A DNA stretch of 64,000 nt from an uncultured Planctomycetales bacterium (GTDB lineage Bacteria > Omnitrophota > Gorgyraeia > Gygaellales > Profunditerraquicolaceae), in contig CAZJFL010000001.1 of the NCBI GenBank assembly GCA_964545575.1, positions 294,178-358,177 of the forward strand, written 5' to 3'. The notes under the pieces are model-generated. The model saw only the letters and a program-made list of their open reading frames with translations. It had not been told where the DNA came from and did not search any database. Shown here in pieces: positions 41,354-49,024 of the stretch. The stretch's first letter is position 1. Each line of letters starts with the position of its first letter. The position numbers and the translations under genes were made by a program.

Positions 41354-42453
41354 TTCGCCCTCTCATTCCGCCTATTTAAGGCTTCAATTTTTACTTCTGG
41401 CTGGTTAACCGCTGCCTTTTTGTCCTCTATAAAACAAAAAAGGCCACAATTTTCTTGTGACCATCCAAGTTTGTACCCTGATTTTGCCTCTCTTTTCCCC
41501 TGATGGACGTATGCGAGGAGACATCCGTCCATCTGACTTATGTTAGGCGAACGCGCTCCAAAGATAACGCCGATACCGTTCTTTAACCTGCGTGAAATTT
41601 CACTGATAATCTGGCTTATTCTTCTTTTAGATGAAACCGGGAAATGTCCAAACAGGCCTAAAATCAAGGGCGCGGAAAAAGGACCATCTAAAACTCCGTG
41701 ATGATGCCCTGAATTATTGCTATTGGTGTTGCCGGTATTACTGCCGGTAGGTTGACTTATGGGATTGTTCGGAATTGAAGGCGCTACCGGTAAAACCGGC
41801 TGTCTTTCCCTTGAAGGAACTAGGGGGGGGATAGCCGGGCCGCGCATAGGAAGCCTGGCCGAATAATTCTGCTTGGGAATAAGTTTAAGCGCTCGCGCCT
41901 GTTTAAGATTAAGCGCGACTGGTTGCTTTAGCGCCGGAGTAAGCGTATTTATTTTACCCGAAGTAACTTTTATAATGGGAACTAAAGGAATGGTTGTTTT
42001 GGGAACAGCTAGATTCGGATTTGTTTTAAGCGCCTTGGGAGTAAAGCTATTTAATTTCGGAACTAACGGAACAGCTGTCTTGAAATTATTAATCTTGGCG
42101 ATAGGTATAACTGTAATGCGATTATTCAGTTTCGGGAAACTAGGCGCAATGGTTTTAATCGTGGGGGCACTGACTTTTATTTTTGGCACTAAAGGAGCAA
42201 AAGACTTGGCGGGTGCGATCCTTGTCGCAGGGGCAGTCAGAGATGGGATAACATTGAAATTATTGCCTCGCGAAGATCTACTAATGCTTTTTTGGTGACG
42301 GCTGTTTAATTGCAGGGTTTTGCTTTCGGCATAAAGAGGAGCAGCCGAGAAGATTGTCGCTATAATTAACAATAGAGCTATTTTTATAATATTAGCTCTA
42401 AACAATATTTCCCCCTTACCCCCATTTTTATAAGCTTTATTTTGGCTCTTCAT
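41338..42453 (-). CDS. Secreted Pro/Lys-rich repeat protein. The ORF track starts at TTG 42519, but the likely start is ATG 42453 (MKSQNK..., signal peptide IIKIALLLIIATIFSAAPLYA).
   Basis: It carries degenerate 11-aa repeats (APLVPKIKVS / AVPLVPKLNS / TIPLVPIIKV ...). The antisense plus-strand ORF 41873..42298 is its shadow. It is the first gene downstream of riboswitch A. Confidence 0.55.
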   Translation of the reverse strand: MKSQNKAYKNGGKGEILFRANIIKIALLLIIATIFSAAPLYAESKTLQLNSRHQKSISRSSRGNNFNVIPSLTAPATRIAPAKSFAPLVPKIKVSAPTIKTIAPSFPKLNNRITVIPIAKINNFKTAVPLVPKLNSFTPKALKTNPNLAVPKTTIPLVPIIKVTSGKINTLTPALKQPVALNLKQARALKLIPKQNYSARLPMRGPAIPPLVPSRERQPVLPVAPSIPNNPISQPTGSNTGNTNSNNSGHHHGVLDGPFSAPLILGLFGHFPVSSKRRISQIISEISRRLKNGIGVIFGARSPNISQMDGCLLAYVHQGKREAKSGYKLGWSQENCGLFCFIEDKKAAVNQPEVKIEALNRRNERAKWAYL

Positions 42454-42496
42454 CTTCGAGTTTTGCAAAGTCTTTTGAAAACTTCTTTTTAATCCC

Positions 42497-42628
42497 TTAA
42501 AAGAAAACCGGATTATCAAATACTCGATTTCGCATCGGTATTCGGTAACCCGGCTGTCTTTAAAAATCCCTTTTAAGACCCGTGGCTTTGTGCCCCCACC
42601 TCACGGTGGGTTTACCCTTTCGTCCCGT
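42497..42628 (-). promoter_or_regulatory. c-di-GMP-I (GEMM)-like riboswitch A in the 5' leader of the giant-gene operon. The aptamer is about 42538-42628. The terminator-like platform is about 42497-42550.
   Basis: The minus-strand transcript reads ACGAAAGGGUAAACC-CACC GUGA GGUG-GGGGCACAAAGCCACGGG-UCUUAAAAGGGAUUUUUAAAGAC-AGCCGGGUUACCGAAUACC. Compare the Vibrio Vc2 GEMM GGGCAAACC / GNRA hairpin / GGGACGCAAAGCC / P2 / GCGGGGUUACCGA. The conserved 3' strand CCGGGUUA can instead pair with UAAUCCGG, which is followed by UUUUCUUUU (a putative terminator). Confidence 0.6.
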
Positions 42629-42650
42629 GGCTTATCTTATTTACACGCAA

Positions 42651-42679
42651 AGTATAATATATAGAAGGTGGCTTGTCAA
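42651..42679 (-). promoter_or_regulatory. Sigma70-like promoter for the giant-gene operon. The -35 TTGACA is at 42674-42679, followed by a 17-nt spacer and a -10 TATACT at 42651-42656.
   Basis: I read the reverse complement base by base. The TSS would fall near 42643, about 15 nt before the aptamer. Confidence 0.5.
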
Positions 42680-42754
42680 GCATATTTTTATAGTTAAAAG
42701 GGAGCGTTTTCTTATCGCTGATCCGGGGTGTTTTATGCCTGCTAAAACCACTTA

Positions 42755-42804
42755 GGGACTGTCCCCGACAGGTCTCTTATTAGCTGTTCTTAGGGGACTG
42801 TCCC
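42755..42804. repeat. Palindrome pair gggactgtcccc (42755-42766) and ggggactgtccc (42793-42804). Degenerate extra copies ggggacagaccc and ggggacaatccc lie at 42862-42894.
   Basis: Direct reading. It sits about 75 bp upstream (on the minus strand) of the operon -35. Confidence 0.85.
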
Positions 42805-42885
42805 TGTTTTAGTCTCTATTTTAGGGTCAGCCCCCTTAGGAAGATAAGTAATGGCTCTGACGGGGACAGACCCTTCATTTACGGG

Positions 42886-42933
42886 GACAATCCCTTACAG
42901 ATTGGACATTTTTAAGCTTGCAGAGTGGACATT
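42886..42933. repeat. Recurrent intergenic module aatccct-tacag-attggacattttt, plus a second agtggacatttaa copy
   Basis: The 15-mer cagattggacatttt is shared with 57571-57586. A similar aatccctccattatggacatttt is at 56206-56229. Confidence 0.7.
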
Positions 42934-42934
42934 T

Positions 42935-43008
42935 AACTACGGATTTCACGGAAAAAATCCACGGATTTCACAGAGTATAACCGTAAAATCCGTGTGCAAT
43001 CCGTGTAA
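42935..43008. repeat. Cluster of five or more direct and inverted CACGGATTT / AAATCCGTG repeats immediately 3' of relE
   Basis: The sequence tacggatttcacggaaaaaatccacggatttcacag...gtaaaatccgtgtgcaatccgtgtaatc can form a long imperfect hairpin. It may be a factor-binding array or a terminator-like structure. Confidence 0.6.
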
Positions 43009-43311
43009 TCATTTATATGTATCTTCCCCTCTTTTTCTTAGGACAAATACCCAGATTATCTTCTGCGTTTCATCTACATCATATAAAACGCGATAATCGT
43101 CAATACGGAGTCGATATTGGGCAGTATACTGCACTAATTTAAGCGGCGGGGTAAGTTTTTTAAAAATATTCTTACCTTGCGGATAAGGATTTTCTGCGAG
43201 TCCTGCGGTAGCATCCATAATTGCATCTTGAACTTTACGAGGAAGTTTTACCAGCGCCTTATGGAATTTGTCTTCGAGAGAACGCGTTGGGAATAAAAGG
43301 CGGTATTTCAT
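43009..43311 (-). CDS. Type II toxin, RelE/ParE family (100 aa)
   Basis: The C-terminal block YRLRIDDYRVLYDVDETQKIIWVFVLRKRGEDTYK fits RelE/ParE. It overlaps the upstream antitoxin gene by 4 nt. Confidence 0.75.
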   Translation of the reverse strand: MKYRLLFPTRSLEDKFHKALVKLPRKVQDAIMDATAGLAENPYPQGKNIFKKLTPPLKLVQYTAQYRLRIDDYRVLYDVDETQKIIWVFVLRKRGEDTYK

Positions 43312-43601
43312 TTACGTGCCTTACGGGCTCTTGAGAACAGACGTAGTACAGATACGCCTTCTTTTTTCGCTTTGATTGCCTTTCGACCTTCTTCTACAGC
43401 TTTCAATGTCTCTAAATCCGTAGCTTCATCAATCAGATCGACCATCTCAATAGCTTCCGTATAAGGAATAACTACATCAACAGGAACCCCGCGTTCAGTA
43501 ATAATAAGGGGGTTACCGCCTTTTAAGAGTCTGGATAGGCGTGCTTTAAATTGTCTTATGCCTATGTGCGGTGCCTTTAATAGAATTGTCGCGAGAGTCA
43601 T
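43308..43601 (-). CDS. Phd/YefM-type antitoxin (97 aa)
   Basis: ...PLIITERGVPVDVVIPYTEAIEMVDLIDE... resembles Phd/YefM. A strong RBS AAGGAGG precedes the ATG. It pairs with the downstream RelE-like gene. Confidence 0.7.
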   Translation of the reverse strand: MTLATILLKAPHIGIRQFKARLSRLLKGGNPLIITERGVPVDVVIPYTEAIEMVDLIDEATDLETLKAVEEGRKAIKAKKEGVSVLRLFSRARKARK

Positions 43602-43641
43602 TTTTCTACCTCCTTATGTAGTCTCATTTGTGCCTACATAA

Positions 43642-43669
43642 AATATACCATAGGCTAAACACTTGTCAA
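43642..43669 (-). promoter_or_regulatory. Sigma70-like promoter for the TA pair. The -35 TTGACA is at 43664-43669, followed by a 16-nt spacer and a -10 TATATT at 43642-43647.
   Basis: Read from the reverse complement. It uses the same CTTGACAAG -35 context as the other minus-strand promoters. Confidence 0.45.
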
Positions 43670-43691
43670 GATAAAATTAAAGATTCTTGGT

Positions 43692-44576
43692 TTAAAATCC
43701 TTGTCCTTTTAAACCAAAACCGCCCTGCATAAATTGGATAAGGATAGGGCCGCCGACAATAATTGCCACTACCGGCATGATGAAGAAGATAAGGGGAAAG
43801 AGCATCTTAATCGGGGCTTGTAAAGCCAGGCGTTCACCTCTCTGGAACCTTTGACGGCGGGTTTCTTCGCCTAAGGCATTCAACACATCATAAACCGGAG
43901 TGCCCATACGGTCCGCAGAGACTAAGGTATTCACTAGAGAAAAAACCTCCGTAATATTTAAACGCCTGCTCATCGCCTTTAATGCCTCCTGCCGTGACTT
44001 GCCTACTTTAATTTCCTGAGTAACCATACTTAATTCCTTAATTAGGGGGCTGGGCTTTGAACGCTGGAGCACCCAATCTAGGCCTTGCATAAAATCTAGC
44101 CCTCCGCCGACGCAGAGAGTAAGCAAGTCGATCACATCAGGCAATACCTTTATAATAATCCGGTTACGCTTCTGAATACGTATCTTTAGATAAATATCCG
44201 GCAATAAAAATCCGATGCCAAAAATAATCAAACCCCACAAAGGCTCAAACCTTTTCAGCGTCAAATATACCCCTAAAAATAAACCCAGCATTAATAATTC
44301 TTTTATCCCTAAGTAATCTTCGGGCAGCAAATTTATCTCGGCGGATGACAATTTATCCATTACTGCCTGCCGTCTTAGCTTAGATAAAATAATCCGGTTA
44401 AGGGGAAAAAGCGGGCGGGTAAAAAATAAAGGGACCTTTATGAATTCATCCTTGGGGGATAATTTCGGGGCTTGCGGCTTCAGCTCGGGAGACAACTGCA
44501 TAGGCCGGCGCAAGACAAAAAAGAGCGAAATACTTAAGATCCCGCTAAATAGCAATACGTAGATTAAAACCGGCAT
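43692..44576 (-). CDS. tadC: TadC-like (T2SS-F / GspF domain) pilus inner-membrane protein. The likely start is ATG 44576 (MPVLIYVLL...), overlapping the tadB stop as TAATG with a GGAGGTG RBS.
   Basis: T2SSF-type block LPDVIDLLTLCVGGGLDFMQGLDWV...VSADRMGTPVYDVLNALGEE with flanking TM helices. The ORF track extends it to 44639. Confidence 0.8.
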   Translation of the reverse strand: MPVLIYVLLFSGILSISLFFVLRRPMQLSPELKPQAPKLSPKDEFIKVPLFFTRPLFPLNRIILSKLRRQAVMDKLSSAEINLLPEDYLGIKELLMLGLFLGVYLTLKRFEPLWGLIIFGIGFLLPDIYLKIRIQKRNRIIIKVLPDVIDLLTLCVGGGLDFMQGLDWVLQRSKPSPLIKELSMVTQEIKVGKSRQEALKAMSRRLNITEVFSLVNTLVSADRMGTPVYDVLNALGEETRRQRFQRGERLALQAPIKMLFPLIFFIMPVVAIIVGGPILIQFMQGGFGLKGQGF

Positions 44577-45424
44577 TACACCTCCACGCGGCTTAAACGA
44601 TTTAACATTACCGCTCCGATTACCTCCGAAACCACGCACCAGACCAAAAGAATCCTGCCCACTTCTGATTCTAACATCACATCAAAGAATTGCTTATTGG
44701 TGCTGATCACAAAAAAGGCAAAGATAATAGGCAAGACCGACATAATCATCCCCTGCCACCTCGCCTGCGTAGTCAGGGTTTTAATCTGATCATTGATTCT
44801 TTTTCTGATCCGGATATTCTCGCTTAAATGGGTAAAGATATCGGTCAGGTTTCCGCCGGTTTCCCGCGCTACCAGAATAGCGGTGCTCATTAAATTCAGG
44901 TCTTCAGAGCCCATCTTTTTATTCAGGCGCTCAAAAGAAGTCTCCAGGGGAACTCCCATTTTATTCTCTTTGACCATCAGCGCAAACTCCTGGGAGATGG
45001 GCGCAGGCATGTCTTCGGTTAAGACTTCCATTGCCTGGAGCAAGGATAGGCCGGCTTTTAAAGACTGGCTCAGGTTCACCAAGGCATCGCTTAGCTGGGC
45101 GCCAAACTTAGCCCTGCGGACTTTTTCCATCTGCCGGATGACCAGCATCGGCAGGATAAAACCGATCACAGCCCCGGCAAAAATCAAAATTATATTCTGG
45201 AATAAAAGGAAGGAGGCGACTGCGAAGACGATCGGGCTTACGGAAAAGTAGAGGGCGAGCTTCTTCTGCTCTACCCAGACATACATCTCTTCTAATTTCC
45301 CGGCGGCCCGCTTGGCTTCCTCTTTATGCGCGCGGCCATAGCGCGCAAGAAAGAAAGGCGCCAGCACATAAAAAAGCGAGGCCACTGCCCCGAAGCTAAA
45401 GAGAAAAATCAAAAATTTTAGCAC
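44576..45424 (-). CDS. tadB: TadB-like (T2SS-F domain) pilus inner-membrane protein
   Basis: QLSDALVNLSQSLKAGLSLLQAMEVL...LVARETGGNLTDIFTHLSENIRIRKRINDQIKTLTTQARWQGMIMSVLPI is typical of the TadB/GspF family. Confidence 0.8.
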   Translation of the reverse strand: MLKFLIFLFSFGAVASLFYVLAPFFLARYGRAHKEEAKRAAGKLEEMYVWVEQKKLALYFSVSPIVFAVASFLLFQNIILIFAGAVIGFILPMLVIRQMEKVRRAKFGAQLSDALVNLSQSLKAGLSLLQAMEVLTEDMPAPISQEFALMVKENKMGVPLETSFERLNKKMGSEDLNLMSTAILVARETGGNLTDIFTHLSENIRIRKRINDQIKTLTTQARWQGMIMSVLPIIFAFFVISTNKQFFDVMLESEVGRILLVWCVVSEVIGAVMLNRLSRVEV

Positions 45425-45451
45425 TGCCGGATAATTCTCCTAATTTTTCTG

Positions 45452-45631
45452 TTAGGGATGCGTTGTATAGGGATCGAATTGCCTACCGTGGCCAAAGGTA
45501 TCTCCCACTTCCCGCATCTTGCCTGAAATAGCCCGCTTCAGGTATATCGCCATCCCAATTAATGCTACCACAATTATGAGGATTAGGAAAGCGTATTCTA
45601 TTGAAATAAACGCCTTCTTGGCATTTTTCAT
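45452..45631 (-). CDS. flp: Flp-family pilin paralogue (59 aa, not in the ORF track). Its ATG at 45631 overlaps the upstream stop as ATGA.
   Basis: Translation MKNAKKAFISIEYAFLILIIVVALIGMAIYLKRAISGKMREVGDTFGHGRQFDPYTTHP. It shares the xxIEY + hydrophobic helix + YLKR..G motif with the tandem flp array. Confidence 0.65.
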   Translation of the reverse strand: MKNAKKAFISIEYAFLILIIVVALIGMAIYLKRAISGKMREVGDTFGHGRQFDPYTTHP

Positions 45632-46095
45632 TTTATCTCCACCACCTCTAAACCCACCAGTTTTCTCTTCTCGCCTTTAGCCAGGGTAAAGAGCATTCTT
45701 CTTTTGCCCGGGCGGTAGTCTGCGGCGATAACCACCCTCTCTCTTGTTTGGCTAAATATTCTCCAGTCAGCGAGGGCGTTCGGCTTCCCGCCGGTATAGG
45801 CAAACCCTAAGCTTACCCCCCTGATAAAGACCTCTTTATAATTACGCCGCTCTGCCTCATTAGGCGCCTTAGCGAAACCCGCTCCCACGTCAACTCCCAC
45901 GGCAATCAGCTTATTCCAATCGATAAATTCCCCTACCGAAGCCTTCCCTTCAATCATCCCCTTAAAGATTACGTCACGGCAGAACTCCACATCCTGTTTT
46001 TCTTTGTTCGTGAAAAACATAATCCCGGCAGCCAGGATACTGATAATAAAAACGTAGATAAGCAACCTGTAATCCTTATCCATCTTGATCACCAT
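45628..46095 (-). CDS. Hypothetical membrane-anchored protein (155 aa) inside the tad operon
   Basis: It is an ORF-track ORF with an N-terminal TM (LLIYVFIISILAAGIMFF) and no family recognised. It is tightly packed between the TadG-like gene and flp. Confidence 0.5.
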   Translation of the reverse strand: MVIKMDKDYRLLIYVFIISILAAGIMFFTNKEKQDVEFCRDVIFKGMIEGKASVGEFIDWNKLIAVGVDVGAGFAKAPNEAERRNYKEVFIRGVSLGFAYTGGKPNALADWRIFSQTRERVVIAADYRPGKRRMLFTLAKGEKRKLVGLEVVEIK

Positions 46096-48596
46096 TGGCT
46101 TGTTTTTTCTTTAATTTTCACAAACGGCCTATAACTTGCTCCTTGGTATAATCCATACTCTACCTTTGTCTTACGGGTAACCCTAAGCCACTCACCATCC
46201 ACATGATAATTCGCCCAGGGGTTCCACACCCCCAGCAAGCCCGCTGACTTGCGCGCCTCATCCATCCGCGTCACCTTCACCCAGTGGTCATTGCCTGAGC
46301 CGCTATAATGGTCAAGATAAAAACAAATTTCTTTGACATAATTATTAAAACTATCTTTTTCTGACATCTCCATACGCGCAAAATCAAAGTAGGCCGGCAT
46401 CTCTACGCTTACGGAGTGCTTGCCGCGGGAATCAGTCCAATTATAATAAGCCGGGGAAAAGTAGTAATACCGGCCATAAACAGGATGCGGGGGATCAAAG
46501 CTCAACCCTTGCTCTAATTGATCTAACCAATTTCTTATCCCATAGTCGCCCCCTGGATATTCACCCGGACCGTAGAGCGTATAGAGATATTGATTGAAAG
46601 CAGTAAATAAGGGGACATATTGCTCTACAATAAATTGCTTTTCAATCGTTGCCTTGATATCCTTTGAATAAAGACCACCGCCGGGGGGATACGGAACAGC
46701 AACGACCTCGTAGCTATGACCATTCCAGCTATAATTCTTGCAGGGGACAGGATTGGGCGGCAATATAAAGCCAGTAGTGGGATCGACAACGCAGGCAGTA
46801 AGACTCTCCATTTTGCTCTGTATCTTATTCCTAAGAGCTTCTAAGCCCGGAAACGGATTCGCCCACCCGGGCGGAGTCCCGTAAAATACTACTTCGGGTA
46901 GCGGCTTATCATCCTTATAAGGAGCTTGGGAAAACTGGTCAAACCAGAACCGCCAGTCAGAAATTACCGTGTAAAAAGAGTTCTGCGTCCCTTCATCTAT
47001 TAACTCTTCCAGCGATTCATCCAGTTGCTGCAAGTTGTACCATATCAGGTCCATTGTATCCACGGGCGTCTGCCCCAACTGTGCCGGCCGGCTCCCTGAA
47101 AAAAGCTTTTTTTCCTCATCGGTGTTCCATAACCCTATATCCATCAGGCGGCGCAGGAAAAAAATAACCGGACTATCCTGCCACAGGTTACCCTTAATAC
47201 AACAAAGGTTTTCCTTATTGTTCTGCCTACAAAAAATGCCCGGGGCCCTCGGAGGCGATTCGAGTTCGACGTTGGAAATCAAACCCTTGAGAAACGCTTT
47301 AAACTCTGGTAAATTACGCTGCTTTGGAACGGGGTCACGATAAATATACCCTTTGAGAAAATCTTTTATCTTATCGACTTTTATTTTCTGCATATTAAGC
47401 CGATCCAGCCACCAATAAGCAAACATAGGCGTGGATTCTGTGTAATTGCCGTCTCCGTCAACATCGCAGGGGTCGCGGCCCACTTCAAACTGCGGGTCGA
47501 TAGACCCATCATGATTGCAGTCATATTCGAATGTGCTGTTTGTCATCTGCGGGTCGTCAACAATATTACTTAATACCTGCAGGGCTATTCCTTCTTTTAT
47601 CTGATCGGGCTGAGGCAGGCCTCTTAATGCCCGGGCAAAAGAGCTAAAGGCAGCGGCGAGGTTCTTTAAGCCCTTCTGTCCTATCTCTACTGATTGTCTA
47701 AAGGATAGGTATTGCGCGCCTCCGGTAAGTAGTATGGCAGCTACCAATGCTTCCGGCACCAAAATCGATGCTACTCCTGGCATAGTAATCGTTACCTGGG
47801 TCAAGCCTGTGATAACAGGAGCGAACAGGTCTGATGCCGCCGGAATCATTGAAGCCTTAGCGCCGGCTGCCGTAGCTTCGGCGGCCTTAGTCAAGGCTTC
47901 AGAAAAACCAACAACGCTTGTGCTAACTTGCGGTGGGGCAGCAGCAACGCCTACGCCGGTAAAGACGCACGCTCCCCCGACAGCTAAACCCATTGCTAGC
48001 CCTATAGCCATACCGCTTAGCGCGCTGTTCCAAGTTGACGCGCCCCCCCATCTAAATCTATCTCCCGCAGCAGTCACCCGCGACTGCAACCCTCCTCCTA
48101 TATAACCACCTATCCCCCCTCCTAATAAGCCTGCTCCAGCAAGCACAGCTACTAACACAGGCGCTGCCAAGCCGCCAGTTAAAATTACGATAACCAGGGT
48201 CGCTAATATTACTATGGCGGCTACGATAAACCCCAAAATAACATCCAATATACCATTAGATTTGCATATTTTGGGAGGCGAAGTTTCCGTTCCTTCTATA
48301 TAAGTACCTCCCGGAAGCGGCTGCCTCATTATATTGCGAAAATGCGCTGCCCGCGAAAGCAGCTGTGAGCCAAGGGAAAGCGCAGCCGCGTCGGCAACGG
48401 TAGAGACCTTGGTGGCGGTCAAAGCGACTTCCCCGATATTTACAAAGACCATAATCAATATCAGGACGACCACAAGGATCAGGAGAATAAAAGTGGCTAT
48501 CTGGCCGGCGCAGTCCCCGCACCTGAGATTTCTCAATGAGGTTGTCTTGCTTAATTTATTTATCATCGCCCTATTTTCCTTTAGGCCAATTCTCAA
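46089..48596 (-). CDS. TadG-like pilus-associated protein (835 aa) with a Gly-rich TM region and a large extracellular C-terminal domain
   Basis: The N-terminus ...FILLILVVVLILIMVFVNIGEVALTATKVSTVADAAALSLGSQL matches the TadG/Tad N-terminal domain (hydrophobic segment plus the aDaAALAga motif). Confidence 0.65.
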   Translation of the reverse strand: MRIGLKENRAMINKLSKTTSLRNLRCGDCAGQIATFILLILVVVLILIMVFVNIGEVALTATKVSTVADAAALSLGSQLLSRAAHFRNIMRQPLPGGTYIEGTETSPPKICKSNGILDVILGFIVAAIVILATLVIVILTGGLAAPVLVAVLAGAGLLGGGIGGYIGGGLQSRVTAAGDRFRWGGASTWNSALSGMAIGLAMGLAVGGACVFTGVGVAAAPPQVSTSVVGFSEALTKAAEATAAGAKASMIPAASDLFAPVITGLTQVTITMPGVASILVPEALVAAILLTGGAQYLSFRQSVEIGQKGLKNLAAAFSSFARALRGLPQPDQIKEGIALQVLSNIVDDPQMTNSTFEYDCNHDGSIDPQFEVGRDPCDVDGDGNYTESTPMFAYWWLDRLNMQKIKVDKIKDFLKGYIYRDPVPKQRNLPEFKAFLKGLISNVELESPPRAPGIFCRQNNKENLCCIKGNLWQDSPVIFFLRRLMDIGLWNTDEEKKLFSGSRPAQLGQTPVDTMDLIWYNLQQLDESLEELIDEGTQNSFYTVISDWRFWFDQFSQAPYKDDKPLPEVVFYGTPPGWANPFPGLEALRNKIQSKMESLTACVVDPTTGFILPPNPVPCKNYSWNGHSYEVVAVPYPPGGGLYSKDIKATIEKQFIVEQYVPLFTAFNQYLYTLYGPGEYPGGDYGIRNWLDQLEQGLSFDPPHPVYGRYYYFSPAYYNWTDSRGKHSVSVEMPAYFDFARMEMSEKDSFNNYVKEICFYLDHYSGSGNDHWVKVTRMDEARKSAGLLGVWNPWANYHVDGEWLRVTRKTKVEYGLYQGASYRPFVKIKEKTSQW

Positions 48597-48999
48597 ATAT
48601 ATTCAGCTTCGGATAATCCTGCTCATTCTGTTCATCGACTATCCCCGGCGTAGAGTCAGGAGGCGTAACATAGCGCCATGCCTTGCAAATGTAAGGGCGG
48701 TTACAAGGATCTGGCGGTTGTATTTCCCTTCCGTTTAGGACGTCTAAACACTTAGTGCACACGAGCTTGGGTGTGGACACCTCTACGCTTCCTGCGGCAA
48801 CAGCTGTAGCTTCATAATCCACTTGTCGCTGAACCATCCGGCTGCTCAGCCAGACAAATATCCTTGCTGTAGCTACCAGCAAAAGCAGCATAAGAAAAAT
48901 ACTAATACTCAGCTCCAAGGTAACCTGCGCCTTTCTCTGGCTCCTGCGGCCGGCTACGGCGGTAGAAAATAATAAACTCTTCTTCGCCCTAACACACAT
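48571..48999 (-). CDS. TadE-like pseudopilin (142 aa)
   Basis: The N-terminus RRSQRKAQVTLELSISIFLMLLLLVATARI is a TadE-like N-terminal segment. Confidence 0.65.
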   Translation of the reverse strand: MCVRAKKSLLFSTAVAGRRSQRKAQVTLELSISIFLMLLLLVATARIFVWLSSRMVQRQVDYEATAVAAGSVEVSTPKLVCTKCLDVLNGREIQPPDPCNRPYICKAWRYVTPPDSTPGIVDEQNEQDYPKLNIFENWPKGK

Positions 49000-49024
49000 C
49001 TGCTTTTTAGTTCTCCTGCGCTAA

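Noticed and set aside
41873-42298. Plus-strand ORF of 141 aa
   Set aside because: It is antisense to the repeat region of the 393-aa secreted protein and has a repetitive hydrophobic translation. It is a shadow ORF.
42851-43096. Plus-strand 81-aa ORF spanning the intergenic repeats and the relE 3' end
   Set aside because: It overlaps the RelE-like gene on the opposite strand, covers repeat DNA, and has no RBS. It is probably spurious.
43689-43715. Hairpin ggtttaaaa...ttttaaacc as a terminator after tadC
   Set aside because: The stem is AT-only, it includes the tadC stop codon and the last codons, and it lacks a U-tract. It is too weak to call.
47035-48738. Plus-strand ORFs 47035..47343, 47734..48105 and 48334..48738
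   Set aside because: They are antisense to the TadG-like and TadE-like genes and are shadow ORFs.
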